Assembly (NCBI GenBank): GCA_965203555.1
Contig: CBDBCY010000004.1
Location: 320,001 to 384,000, forward strand
Length of the DNA stretch: 64,000 bases
DNA from: Acidimicrobiia bacterium
Lineage (GTDB): Bacteria > Actinomycetota > Acidimicrobiia > Spongiisociales > ZC4RG35
Direction of reading: 5' to 3'
Shown in pieces: positions 20,561-30,007 of the stretch (positions are counted from its first letter, which is position 1; the number at the start of each line of letters is the position of its first letter). The notes beneath the pieces are model-generated. The model had not been told where the DNA came from and searched no databases. It saw only the letters and a program-made list of their open reading frames with translations. The position numbers and the translations under genes were made by a program.

Positions 20561-21543
20561 CTTTGCCTCAGCGCCTCCGGGTTTACTACGTTCTGGGGAC
20601 GGCCCTCCAAGAAAGCGATCACGTTGTCGACGGCGCCCTCATTCAGCAGATCGATCCCTTCCGGTGTTTGGTCGGCCATATGCGGCGTCAGCACCACCTG
20701 CTCGCACGACAGTATGGGATCGTCCGGGGGCAATGGCTCCACGTCGTAGACATCCAAACCCGCTCCCGCCAGATGGCCGGAGCGCAGGGCCCGCACGAGT
20801 GCCTCCTTTTGGACAAGGGATCCCCGGCCTCCGTTCACCAAAAGCGCTCCCGGCTTCATAAGCCCGATCTCGCGCTCGCCTATCATCCCGCGAGTTTCAT
20901 TGCTCAGTGCAACATGAAGGCTTATCACGTCCGCGGTGGTCAGAAGCTCTTCGAGTTCGACATAGCGGACTCCCAGCCGCCGGGCCCGCTCGTCCGACGG
21001 GTGGAATGTCCACGCCACCACCTCCATCCCCAGAGCAGTGGCCAGTCTTGCCATCTCCGAGCCTATGTTGCCGGTCCCGACCACGCCGAGGGTCTTGCCC
21101 TGCAGATAGATGTTTTCCCTGCGGGTCCAACGGCCGGACTTCAGTTCGATCGTCTGATAGGCGGCCCTCTTGGCTACAGCGAACATCAGGCCGAAAACGT
21201 GCTCGGCGACCACCCCGGCGGTCCGTCCCGGCTGGTTGCTCACGGCCACTCCCATATCCGTCGCCGTCGCCAGATCGATGTTGTCGGTCCCGATGGCGCA
21301 CACCGAAATGAGACGTAGTTTCGGCAGCGAGCGCAACGCCTCCGCGGGCCATGTAACCGCTCCGCGGGTGTTGATAATCACCTCGGCGTCCTCGGCGCGC
21401 TCCAGCTTTTGCTCATGGGTGGGGCGGTCAGCGTATACGATTACCTCCCCGAACGGCGTCAGTCGATCAAGGTGGGAAGAGCCTTGGATCTGTACCGGCT
21501 CGTCGCCGGGGACCACTATGGTCAGTCGTTCCTCGAAGGTCAA
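20557..21543 (-). CDS. D-2-hydroxyacid dehydrogenase family protein
   Basis: GTDNID, GVVGTGNIG, LVNGGRG, GLDVYDVEP, LTPHMA. Confidence 0.92.
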   Translation of the reverse strand: MTFEERLTIVVPGDEPVQIQGSSHLDRLTPFGEVIVYADRPTHEQKLERAEDAEVIINTRGAVTWPAEALRSLPKLRLISVCAIGTDNIDLATATDMGVAVSNQPGRTAGVVAEHVFGLMFAVAKRAAYQTIELKSGRWTRRENIYLQGKTLGVVGTGNIGSEMARLATALGMEVVAWTFHPSDERARRLGVRYVELEELLTTADVISLHVALSNETRGMIGEREIGLMKPGALLVNGGRGSLVQKEALVRALRSGHLAGAGLDVYDVEPLPPDDPILSCEQVVLTPHMADQTPEGIDLLNEGAVDNVIAFLEGRPQNVVNPEALRQS

Positions 21544-21722
21544 TTCCGTCCTCCGTTTGTGTTTTCATGTGCGAACACCAGCCGACGGGGTGGACTTGCG
21601 TTCCGACTTCCGATGGCAACATGCTAACGAAGCTTCTTCTCATTGCCCTTGTACATCGTCATTGCAGAAAGGCTGCAAGCAAGATCGATCCTGTAATCTG
21701 ACCGAGAAACTCGAGGAGAGAG

Positions 21723-22397
21723 ATGTCCCCTTCACACGACAGGTTTACCACTGTCAGGCTTGGTGAACTGGGCTTGCGGATAGGCTCATCCCTTGTCTCC
21801 GACGCACTGGATTCGGCCGGGTACCGCCACCAGACCCTGGCTCCGGGTTACACACCCCTGGTAGCCGACCAGGTGGTGGTGGGCTACGCCTTTCCGGTGC
21901 GCGTCGAGGCGACCGACCAGATACCGAACGTGCCCTACGTGGGACTACTGGCGGCCCTCGACGCTATCGGACCGGGGGAAGTTTGGGTGGGCGCATCGGG
22001 CGGATTCCGCAACGCCTCCCTGTGGGGAGAGTTGCTCTCGACGGCCTGCATGGCGACCGGCGCGGTCGGAGCGGTGGTGGAAGGCTGCGCCCGGGATCGC
22101 AACGCCATCCGCAGCCTGGGATTCCCGGTGCTGTGCCGCGGGGCCGATCCTCGCGATATCAACGGCAGGGGAGAGGTGGTGGCGCACCGGGTGACCGTCG
22201 TAGTGGACGGGGCCAGGATCGCTCCCGGAGACCTGGTGGTGGGCGACGACGACGGCGTGGCAATCGTACCCGAACCGCTCATCGACGAAGTGGTAACTGC
22301 TGCGTTGGAGAAGAGCCGCCTGGAAGACCACTTCCGCCAAGCGGTTCGCGACGGTGTGCCGCCCAGCGAGGCGTTCAAGCGCACCGGAGTTCTCTGA
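21723..22397 (+). CDS. RraA/HMG-aldolase family protein
   Basis: VSDALD, LWGELLS, GCARD, PGDLVVGDDDGV. Confidence 0.88.
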   Translation: MSPSHDRFTTVRLGELGLRIGSSLVSDALDSAGYRHQTLAPGYTPLVADQVVVGYAFPVRVEATDQIPNVPYVGLLAALDAIGPGEVWVGASGGFRNASLWGELLSTACMATGAVGAVVEGCARDRNAIRSLGFPVLCRGADPRDINGRGEVVAHRVTVVVDGARIAPGDLVVGDDDGVAIVPEPLIDEVVTAALEKSRLEDHFRQAVRDGVPPSEAFKRTGVL

Positions 22398-22430
22398 GCT
22401 GAGAGGCAACCCGCAATCCTGCCTCGCCGT

Positions 22431-24110
22431 CTACTTTTCCCGCGCCCTCCGACGGATCTCGCTGAGGGTGGTGTGGGGGAGGATGGCTTCGGGGTCGACC
22501 TGCAGTTCCAGCACGGAAGGCACTCCCGCGGCGAGGGCCTGCTCGAATGCGGCGGGAAAGTCCTCGGTGCGCTCGACGGTGGCGCCGAATCCGCCGAATG
22601 CCCGGGCGTAGGCGGCGAAATCGGGGTTGAGGATACCGGTGCCGCTGGGCCGATCGGGATAGGTCTGCTCCTGGTGCATCCGGATCGTTGCAAACATACC
22701 GTTGTTGACCACCACGACGATGATCGCAGCGTCATATTGCACCGCGGTGGCCAGTTCCTGTCCGGTCATGAGAAAGTCCCCATCCCCGGAGAAAGCCACC
22801 ACCGGCGTATCGGGTCCGTGTAGCTTGGCGGCCACCGCAGCCGGAACGGCGTAGCCCATCGCGCCGCTCTGAGATCCCAACTGGGTACCGTATTGCTTGA
22901 AGCGGTAGTACCGCTGGGGCCACAGAGTGAAGTTGCCTGCGCCGTTGGTGAGGATCGACTCGGACGGCAGGCGCCTGTCCAGGTAGGTCATCACTTGTCC
23001 GAAATCCACCGGACCGGGCGCCGGAGGGGGTATCAGAGTGGCTTCGTAGTCAGCCCGGGCCGAAGCTGCCCACTCCCGCCATGGCCCAGCGTCCAAGGGC
23101 GGTTCGACAGAAAGGGCCGCCACGGTCTCCGGGGCGCCGGCGGCAACCCCCAGAGTGGGCCGGTAGACCCGCCCCAACTCTCTGCGGTCAGGATGGATGT
23201 GAACCAGCGTCTGGCGGGGATCGGGTGGTTGAAGCAGCGTATAGCCGCGGGTCGCGGTGTCGCTCAGGCGCGTTCCGATGGCGATGATCAGGTCGGCGTT
23301 GAGGATCCGGTCGGCCAGGCTCGTGGCGAGGCCCACTCCGGCCCAGCCCACGTAGCAGGGCGAGCGGTTGTCAAGATAGTCCTGGCGCCGGAAGGAGACC
23401 GCCACCGGTAGGTTGTTCCGTTCAGCCCACGAACTCAGCGCTCGCCCGGAGTCGGTGTCCCATGTTCCACCTCCGACAATCACCAAGGGTCGGCTGGATC
23501 TCGCCAGCAGGGAGCGCAACCCGGCCAGGTCCTGCGATCCCGGCCGCGGCCGTTCCGGTGATGGCGCCACCGCAGCGTCGGGCGCCGACACCGTTGCGGC
23601 CAGTATGTCCTCGGGTAACGACACGACCACCGGCCCGGCGCGTCCCTGGCGTGCGACGCGGGCGGCTTCGGCGGTTACCTCGCTCAGCAGTTCGGGCCGC
23701 GCCACCTCCACCGACCACTTCGCCAGTGGGGCAAACAGAGCCTCGAAGTCGACCTCCTGGAAAGCCCCCCGGCCGCGGTGCGCGGTGGGGACCTGTCCCA
23801 CGAACAGCAGCAGCGCTGTGCTGCTCTCGGTTGCGTTGTGTACCCCCACCGCGGCGTGCGTCGCTCCCGGGCCGCGGGTCACGAAGGCCACTCCCAGATC
23901 TCCACGCAGACGGGCATGCGCCTCCGCCATGATCGCTGCGCCGGACTCGTGGCGGCACACCACAGTGCGAATACCCTGCTCGTCGTAAAGGGCGTCCAGC
24001 ACGGCCAAGAAACTTTCTCCCGGCACCGTGAAGACAGTGTCCACGCCGTGGCGGCGAAGTTGGTCTACCAGCACCCGCCCACCGTGGCGCGCCGTCTGAT
24101 CCGAACCCAT
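22431..24110 (-). CDS. Thiamine-diphosphate-dependent enzyme (acetolactate-synthase-like)
   Basis: VPGESFL, CRHESGA, TRGPGAT, GDGDFLM..VNNG; ATG coupled to the cupin stop. Confidence 0.92.
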   Translation of the reverse strand: MGSDQTARHGGRVLVDQLRRHGVDTVFTVPGESFLAVLDALYDEQGIRTVVCRHESGAAIMAEAHARLRGDLGVAFVTRGPGATHAAVGVHNATESSTALLLFVGQVPTAHRGRGAFQEVDFEALFAPLAKWSVEVARPELLSEVTAEAARVARQGRAGPVVVSLPEDILAATVSAPDAAVAPSPERPRPGSQDLAGLRSLLARSSRPLVIVGGGTWDTDSGRALSSWAERNNLPVAVSFRRQDYLDNRSPCYVGWAGVGLATSLADRILNADLIIAIGTRLSDTATRGYTLLQPPDPRQTLVHIHPDRRELGRVYRPTLGVAAGAPETVAALSVEPPLDAGPWREWAASARADYEATLIPPPAPGPVDFGQVMTYLDRRLPSESILTNGAGNFTLWPQRYYRFKQYGTQLGSQSGAMGYAVPAAVAAKLHGPDTPVVAFSGDGDFLMTGQELATAVQYDAAIIVVVVNNGMFATIRMHQEQTYPDRPSGTGILNPDFAAYARAFGGFGATVERTEDFPAAFEQALAAGVPSVLELQVDPEAILPHTTLSEIRRRAREK

Positions 24111-24676
24111 CAAAGCAACCGTTCCTCGAGGAGAACGGTTGCCCTCTGGAGGGCGGGCCGCTGCGCGTCGAGCGGGTCGATGTAGCGGATCGTCCGCTTG
24201 CCGGCCCACTCGGCGGGCAGCAGCATCACCCTCACAAAAGCCGACGCTTCCGTCGCCGACGCTTGGGCGTACACCGGTTCGGGACCGCTCTCGAACCACG
24301 GGTCGCCCGGCGAATGGGCGGTCGTAACGCCGCCGGTCGTAACGGTCAACCCGCCGAACAACAGGCGCCGGATCCCAGGGCCGGGATGGACGTGCCGGTA
24401 AGCCACGGCCCCGGGAGGAAAGTCCACCCGGTCGCAGCGCATCAGCCACTGTTGGGACTCGTCCAGCGCTACAACCCTCGACAGAACTGTGTCGAGTTGG
24501 CCAGGACCTTTGCGGCAGTCGGGTCCCATCGGTGTCACCTCCCACCGAAGCGCCGCTCCGGACGCCGAGGCGCCGCCGAAATGGGCCCTGCCGGCTTCGA
24601 GATCGTAAATAACGCGGTTGCCCTGGCCCACCCCCACGCCCGCGGGATGCTCAAAGAGGGAGAGGAGAACTTCCAC
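24110..24676 (-). CDS. Cupin-domain protein
   Basis: RCDRVDFPPGAVAYRHVHPGPGIR..PWFESGPEPV. Confidence 0.75.
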   Translation of the reverse strand: MEVLLSLFEHPAGVGVGQGNRVIYDLEAGRAHFGGASASGAALRWEVTPMGPDCRKGPGQLDTVLSRVVALDESQQWLMRCDRVDFPPGAVAYRHVHPGPGIRRLLFGGLTVTTGGVTTAHSPGDPWFESGPEPVYAQASATEASAFVRVMLLPAEWAGKRTIRYIDPLDAQRPALQRATVLLEERLL

Positions 24677-24697
24677 CGTGCGTTTCCGGCGGGCCGG

Positions 24698-25513
24698 TTA
24701 GTGGAAGTACTGGCCGCCGTCGATCACGATCGTCTGCCCCGTCACGAAAGCCGCGCCGGGACTGCACAAAAAGACCGCCGCGGCCACGATGTCCTCGGGG
24801 ATCTGGTCGCGCTTGATCGTGCGGGCGGCAACCGAGATGCGGCTGAGGAACTCGAAGTCCACTCCGGCAGGGTTCTCTCGCACGCCGTCGGAGATGGTGA
24901 ATCCGGGAGCGATGCAGTTCACCAGGATGCCGTCACCACCCAACTCCTTGGCAAGTGCCCTGGTCATCGCCAGCACGGCGCCCTTGCTGGAAACGTAGTG
25001 AAGAAGGTGCGGCACTCCCCGGAAAACCGTTCCCGAAGAGATGTTGAGGATTCTCCCTCCGCCGTTTGCGCGCATGTGCGGCGTCACAGCCCGGCACGCC
25101 AGCGCCAGGCCGATCACGTTGACTTCCAACACCCGGCGCCATTCATCGACCGGGATGTCCTCGAAAGGTCGCATCGGCAACGACGTGTAGATCCCGGCGT
25201 TGTTGACCAGGACGTCGACGCGTCCGCAAGCCGCAACCGCCGTGTCCACCATGGCAGTCACTTCATCGGGGTCGGACACGTCGACCGTGATCCCCACGCC
25301 GCCTGGATATGTGGCCGCAGCTTCCTGCGCTCCGGAGAGATCGGCGACAACGATCCGCGCCCCCGCCCGGGCGAAGCCGTCTGCGATGGCGCGCCCTATT
25401 CCCTTGGCGCCGCCGGTCACGATGGCGGTCTGACCGGCCAGGGAGAAGGCATCTCTGCCCGGAGCCGCGATCCCGGACTCCGGTCCGCCGATATTTTTCT
25501 GCGAGGCGTTCAT
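24698..25513 (-). CDS. Short-chain dehydrogenase/reductase
   Basis: TGGAKGIG, NNAG, YVSSK, NCIAPG. Confidence 0.93.
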   Translation of the reverse strand: MNASQKNIGGPESGIAAPGRDAFSLAGQTAIVTGGAKGIGRAIADGFARAGARIVVADLSGAQEAAATYPGGVGITVDVSDPDEVTAMVDTAVAACGRVDVLVNNAGIYTSLPMRPFEDIPVDEWRRVLEVNVIGLALACRAVTPHMRANGGGRILNISSGTVFRGVPHLLHYVSSKGAVLAMTRALAKELGGDGILVNCIAPGFTISDGVRENPAGVDFEFLSRISVAARTIKRDQIPEDIVAAAVFLCSPGAAFVTGQTIVIDGGQYFH

Positions 25514-25824
25514 CGGATCGGAGAGAAGGCTGTTGGGACCACGATCCGGTTCTGCTGGGTGTGAATCAGCGGCTGGAGCTTGGGAAGGAAGGCCTGCCAG
25601 CGCTCGTCTGCACTGAGAATCGCCCGGCGTCTCTCCCGCTCGGCATAGTTCTCGTATCCCCATATTGCCGAGATGGACGACAAACCTCCCACGTCCACGG
25701 TGAACCAACCGATCAGGTTGCCAAGGATCTCCTTTTGGATGATGATGCCCTCTGACTGATAGAGCCTCAGCACCTCTTTCATCTTCCCGGTGTAGATGTG
25801 GTAGTCCCGCTGCTCGACAATCAT
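25510..25824 (-). CDS. NIPSNAP-family protein
   Basis: MIVEQRDY..IWGYENYAERERRR..PTAFSP; GGAG RBS. Confidence 0.88.
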   Translation of the reverse strand: MIVEQRDYHIYTGKMKEVLRLYQSEGIIIQKEILGNLIGWFTVDVGGLSSISAIWGYENYAERERRRAILSADERWQAFLPKLQPLIHTQQNRIVVPTAFSPIR

Positions 25825-26005
25825 CGTCTCCTCGCTGGTGTTTCGCCGACCGCCAATCCCGACAGGCCGGTCGCTCCGCAGGGTTGTCGACGGCCGACAA
25901 ATGTCAACGCGTCATGCTCCCACGGTCTGCGATCGATGGTAGCAAATCATCGCCGGCCGTTCAGTCCCTGATCCGGAAAGGTGAGAACAGGGGCTTTCTG
26001 ACGGC

Positions 26006-27205
26006 TTACCTGGAGGACCGTCTCCCACTCCATATCACACGAGGCAAGCGTTTCTGCTTGTCGACAAAGGGCAAAGTGTCAACGGTGGCTTGGTGCGGTG
26101 CGCCGTCGCGGTCAGATAAGAGGACCGTCTTGCCGAGCCAATCGCCAGCAGCCATAGGCCGATCGAAACGCACATAGCCGATTCCCGTGTCCAGGGTGGG
26201 CGACCACGTTCCGATTGTCATGTGCCCGACCGGGCGGTCGTCGAAATAGACCTGCATGCCGGCCTTCGGCGTAGCGGTGGGGCAGACCAGGCCGAACAAC
26301 AGTTGGCTGCGATCGGCTCGTTCCAATGCCGCCCGACCGATGAAGTCTTCTTTGTCGAGTCTGACGAATTGCCCCAGACCGGCGCCGAACGGCGTCAGAT
26401 CCGGCTCGATGTCGCTGCCGTTGTCAAGAATGCCGGACTCGATGCGTCGTATTCCCATCGATGAACCCGAACTGAACTCCATGCCAAAGTCTTCCCCGCA
26501 GGCGAACAGCCCTTCCCAGAGAGCATCATGGTCGGTGGGCTCCGGTCCGCTGTTGCAATAGATCTCGATACCCACTTCCCCCGTCCAACCGGTGCGCGAC
26601 ACCCACAATGTCTGGCCGCATACGTCAAAGAATCCGGCGTGGAAATATTTGAAATCGGCCGATAGGCCTCCGCCCGTCGCCGCGTCCAGCACGTCAAGCG
26701 ACTTGGGTCCCTGTATCTGGAGTACTCGTGAATCGGGATCGAAGACCTGCACATCGAGCCCGATGGCGTTCGCCTGCAGCCAGGTCTGGAACTCACCATT
26801 GGCTTTGACGTACCAGAAGCGATCCTGGGCCAGTCGCATTACCACGCCATCCATCAGAACGGCGCCGTCTTCATCGCAGGCAATGCCGTAGCGAGCCCGG
26901 CCCACCGGGAGTGTCCCGACTCGGCAGGCGAGGACTCTCTCGAGCAGTATGGCGGCATCCGGGCCGATGATTTCCAACGGCTTCTCCGGTACGTCGTACA
27001 ACAGGACGTCACGGCGCAACTTCCAGTACTTGGGAACGGGGTCCTCGTCCCAGGTGGTCTTGAGGGGATAGAGGCGACCGCAGTACAAGCCGAAAACCGT
27101 CTGATCAGTCACGTACCGGTGGGCGAAGGGGGACTGGCCGAGCCGATACGAACTCAAACGGATCGTGTCGAACGACTCGATATAAAAGTGTCTGTCCCCT
27201 GTCAT
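26006..27205 (-). CDS. GcvT-family THF-dependent aminomethyltransferase/demethylase
   Basis: LYDV..GPDA, IQGPKS, SRTGWTGEVGIE, RRIESG, WSPTL. Confidence 0.88.
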   Translation of the reverse strand: MTGDRHFYIESFDTIRLSSYRLGQSPFAHRYVTDQTVFGLYCGRLYPLKTTWDEDPVPKYWKLRRDVLLYDVPEKPLEIIGPDAAILLERVLACRVGTLPVGRARYGIACDEDGAVLMDGVVMRLAQDRFWYVKANGEFQTWLQANAIGLDVQVFDPDSRVLQIQGPKSLDVLDAATGGGLSADFKYFHAGFFDVCGQTLWVSRTGWTGEVGIEIYCNSGPEPTDHDALWEGLFACGEDFGMEFSSGSSMGIRRIESGILDNGSDIEPDLTPFGAGLGQFVRLDKEDFIGRAALERADRSQLLFGLVCPTATPKAGMQVYFDDRPVGHMTIGTWSPTLDTGIGYVRFDRPMAAGDWLGKTVLLSDRDGAPHQATVDTLPFVDKQKRLPRVIWSGRRSSR

Positions 27206-27449
27206 CGGTACCTCAATAATGCCGGATGAGTGGCGGACTTATGGTAGCAGCGCCACCCTTGGAACATCCCGAGAACCCATGGCGCCTTGATCGACACTCC
27301 CGATAAAAAGACCTCGTGTTTCGCGACATCGGCACAGATTGGCGGGCTGTCCGCATCGGGCTTGCGAGGGAACCCGACAGGGTAGTGGCAAACTGCCTTC
27401 GGGGCAACGGTCAGTATCCAAGAATCCGGCTGCGGTACAATGGCTCGCC

Positions 27450-27962
27450 GTGGACCTTGAAAGACATATCCGCGCCGTTCCGGACTTCCCCAAGGATGGG
27501 ATCCTGTTTCGCGACATCACTCCGCTTTTGGGGGATCCGCCGGCGTTCCGGCACAGCATCGCCCAATTGGCGGTCCACGCCGGGGAAGTGAACGCGTCAA
27601 CGATCGTGGGTATCGAGTCGCGGGGGTTCCTGTTCGGGGCGCCGATGGCCGACCGCCTGGGACTGCCGTTCGTGCCGCTGCGCAAGCCCGGCAAGCTGCC
27701 GGCGGCTCGCATCTCGGTCCGGTATTCGCTGGAGTACGGCGACAGCCAACTCGACATTCACAAGGACGCTCTATCGGTGGGAAGGCGGGCATACATAGTG
27801 GATGACCTGCTGGCGACGGGGGGAACGGCGGCCGCCGCCACCAAGCTGGTGGAGTTGGCGGGGGGAGAAGTGGCGGGTTTGGGATTCGTGATCGAATTGG
27901 AGGAGTTGGGCGGCCGGGAGAGGATCGAGGGATACGATGCAATCAGCCTTGTCCGCTACTAG
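27450..27962 (+). CDS. apt: Adenine phosphoribosyltransferase
   Basis: PDFPKDGILFRDI, ESRGF, RKPGKLP, LEYG, VDDLLATGGT; TACAAT 8 nt before GTG. Confidence 0.95.
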   Translation: MDLERHIRAVPDFPKDGILFRDITPLLGDPPAFRHSIAQLAVHAGEVNASTIVGIESRGFLFGAPMADRLGLPFVPLRKPGKLPAARISVRYSLEYGDSQLDIHKDALSVGRRAYIVDDLLATGGTAAAATKLVELAGGEVAGLGFVIELEELGGRERIEGYDAISLVRY

Positions 27963-28055
27963 CAGCGGCGCCGACCGCCGCCGTGGCCGGTCGACCCGCT
28001 GACCGCGGCAGTATTTGACCTCGGTCTCGATCCCCCTGGCGGAGGGCCTCGGTCA

Positions 28056-28667
28056 TCATGTCCGGCGCAGGGCGCGCCATCCGACATACCCGACCACACT
28101 CGCCGCCAACAGCACCAGGGTGACGTTCTGGTAAGGCTCAAGGAACCTACTTATGCGCTCCCAGTTCTCTCCCAGCAGCCGGCCCACGTAAGTCAGAAGC
28201 AGACTCCACACAGCGGTGCCCAGGGTGGTGAAGAAAAGGAAACGACCCGCCGGCATCCGCGTGTAACCCGCCGGAATGGAGATGATGCTGCGAACGATCG
28301 GTATGAGCCTCCCGAAGAAGATGACCGCCTCACCGTAGCGCTCGAACCACGCGGCCCCTCGGTCGAGATCCCGCTCCGAAATAAACAGGTATTTTCCATA
28401 GGCGGCCACCAGTCGCCGCACTCCCGCCTGCCTCGCGCCGTAGCCGACGGCATAAAGCGCCACGGCGCCGATCAACGACCCGGCCACACCGGCCGACACA
28501 ACCCCCCAGAACTCTAAGTCACCCTCGGCAGACAGAGCTCCGGCGAAGGGCAGCACCAGTTCGGAAGGGATTGGTGGAAAGATGTTCTCGACTGCCATGA
28601 CCAGGACGATTCCGGGATAACCAATGGTGACAATCACCTCTTGGATCCAGCCACCAAGCTGTTCCAT
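28056..28667 (-). CDS. DedA-family membrane protein
   Basis: ENIFPPIPSELVLPFAG, FFGRLIPIVRSIISIPAG. Confidence 0.92.
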   Translation of the reverse strand: MEQLGGWIQEVIVTIGYPGIVLVMAVENIFPPIPSELVLPFAGALSAEGDLEFWGVVSAGVAGSLIGAVALYAVGYGARQAGVRRLVAAYGKYLFISERDLDRGAAWFERYGEAVIFFGRLIPIVRSIISIPAGYTRMPAGRFLFFTTLGTAVWSLLLTYVGRLLGENWERISRFLEPYQNVTLVLLAASVVGYVGWRALRRT

Positions 28668-28954
28668 GATGTATGTCACTGCGGGCGCCCCCCAGAATTG
28701 TGGCGGTCGGCGGCTCAGGAGAGTGTACAGCAAGACTTGTCACCGTTAGCGGTTAAGCCTTGGATCCATTCGCTTCCTTCCTAATTTAAAGGGCTTGGCG
28801 AGGTTTTTGTCCGGAGAAGAGACAAGGCACCTGAGGGACAGAATCGAACCGGAACCGGGGAGAGGCTCGGCTGCTTGGGAAAGTAGCTTGTGTTGCAGAA
28901 AGCGGAGAGACGCCATCTGGGGGATGCCATACCGATTATCGGACTCCCAGCGAG

Positions 28955-29150
28955 TGGTGACCATGTGACCCGCATCCGAGAGCAAGGCCAAGCTGCCCGA
29001 GAGTATGCCTCCGATCACTTCAGCCACCACAAGCCTCCGATCAGTACCAGGGCAATGTCAGACTGCGCTTGCCGGCACCCGCCAGTCATGGGAGTGGTCA
29101 TGGCCATCATGCTCGTGCCCGCTGCCGCCACGCAGCGGAAAGCATGTCAC
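28955..29150 (-). pseudogene. N-terminal remnant of a CDF (CzcD/ZitB-like) metal exporter
   Basis: His-rich GHEHDGHDHSHD, then VAEVIGGILSGSLALLSDAGHMVT after stop/frameshift; the rest is missing. Confidence 0.7.
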
Positions 29151-29656
29151 CTTTGTGCAGGGCAAGGTGCTTGAAAGACTCCGCCGCGTAATGCAAGGTC
29201 AAAAACTCCCCCTTCAGTCTCAGGCGTCGGGGCCGAGGCGTCCTTCTGGCAGGTCGTACCGGGTTATTGAATGTTTCTTCGTTCGATCGATGTCACAAGT
29301 GGAATTTGGCCCGGCGCGAGACTTCTTTCGAGTGTGTAGCGCACCTGTCACTCAACAACAGAGGATGACCTTCCACTCAAGGCAAATATCCGCGCCCAGG
29401 TCTTCAATCATTGGCCTCTCTTCAAAAATCGCCTCTTCCGTCCCGCTGTCACCACAAGTGAAGGGGCCGAGACCGGATCGACAACTGCCCCGGGACGGCA
29501 GGGACGGAGGCTGGCTCAATGACAGGCACAGCCAGAAAGAGTGGTATACAATCAAGCAAGCATCGCGTTCCCTGTTGACCGCTCTGTTATCATCAAACTA
29601 GGCGCTCTGCGCGGCAGGGCAGGGATGCCCTTCTAGCTAGAAAGGAAGAAAGATTC

Positions 29657-29995
29657 ATGGACATAACCAGCCAGCGCACAGATGGAGCGTTGATTGTTTC
29701 GGCTGAGGGTCGGGTCGACGGCGCCAATGCTCGCAAATTCCAAAAGGCAGTGGAGAATGTGATCAGCGACGGAGACAGCGCTGTGGTCCTGGACATGGAA
29801 AGCTTGAGCTATATAAGCAGTGCAGGACTGCGATCCATCCTTCTGATCGCCAAGGGACTTCAAAAGCGCAATTCCAAATTTGCCGTATGCTCCCTGCAGG
29901 ATCCCATCCGCGAAGTGTTCAGGATCGTCGGGTTCGACAAAATCGTGTCGATTTACGACTCGAAAGGGGATGCAGTAGCAGCGCTCGGCGGTTAA
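29657..29995 (+). CDS. STAS-domain anti-sigma-factor antagonist (RsbV-like)
   Basis: GRVDG, VVLDMESLSYISSAGLR (phosphoacceptor Ser), EVFRIVGF. Confidence 0.93.
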   Translation: MDITSQRTDGALIVSAEGRVDGANARKFQKAVENVISDGDSAVVLDMESLSYISSAGLRSILLIAKGLQKRNSKFAVCSLQDPIREVFRIVGFDKIVSIYDSKGDAVAALGG

Positions 29996-30007
29996 CCAAC
30001 CCGCGGC

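Noticed and set aside
22431-24545. 704-aa ThDP enzyme with a long N-terminal extension
   Set aside because: The extension overlaps the cupin gene in another frame; the real start is the ATG at 24110 coupled to the cupin stop.
24263-25564. 433-aa plus-strand ORF
   Set aside because: Antisense to the SDR and cupin genes, which carry clear motifs.
29352-29410. ..KVILCC-TGA as a third selenoprotein
   Set aside because: No recognisable family, no convincing SECIS-like hairpin, another stop soon after, and it lies in decayed DNA.
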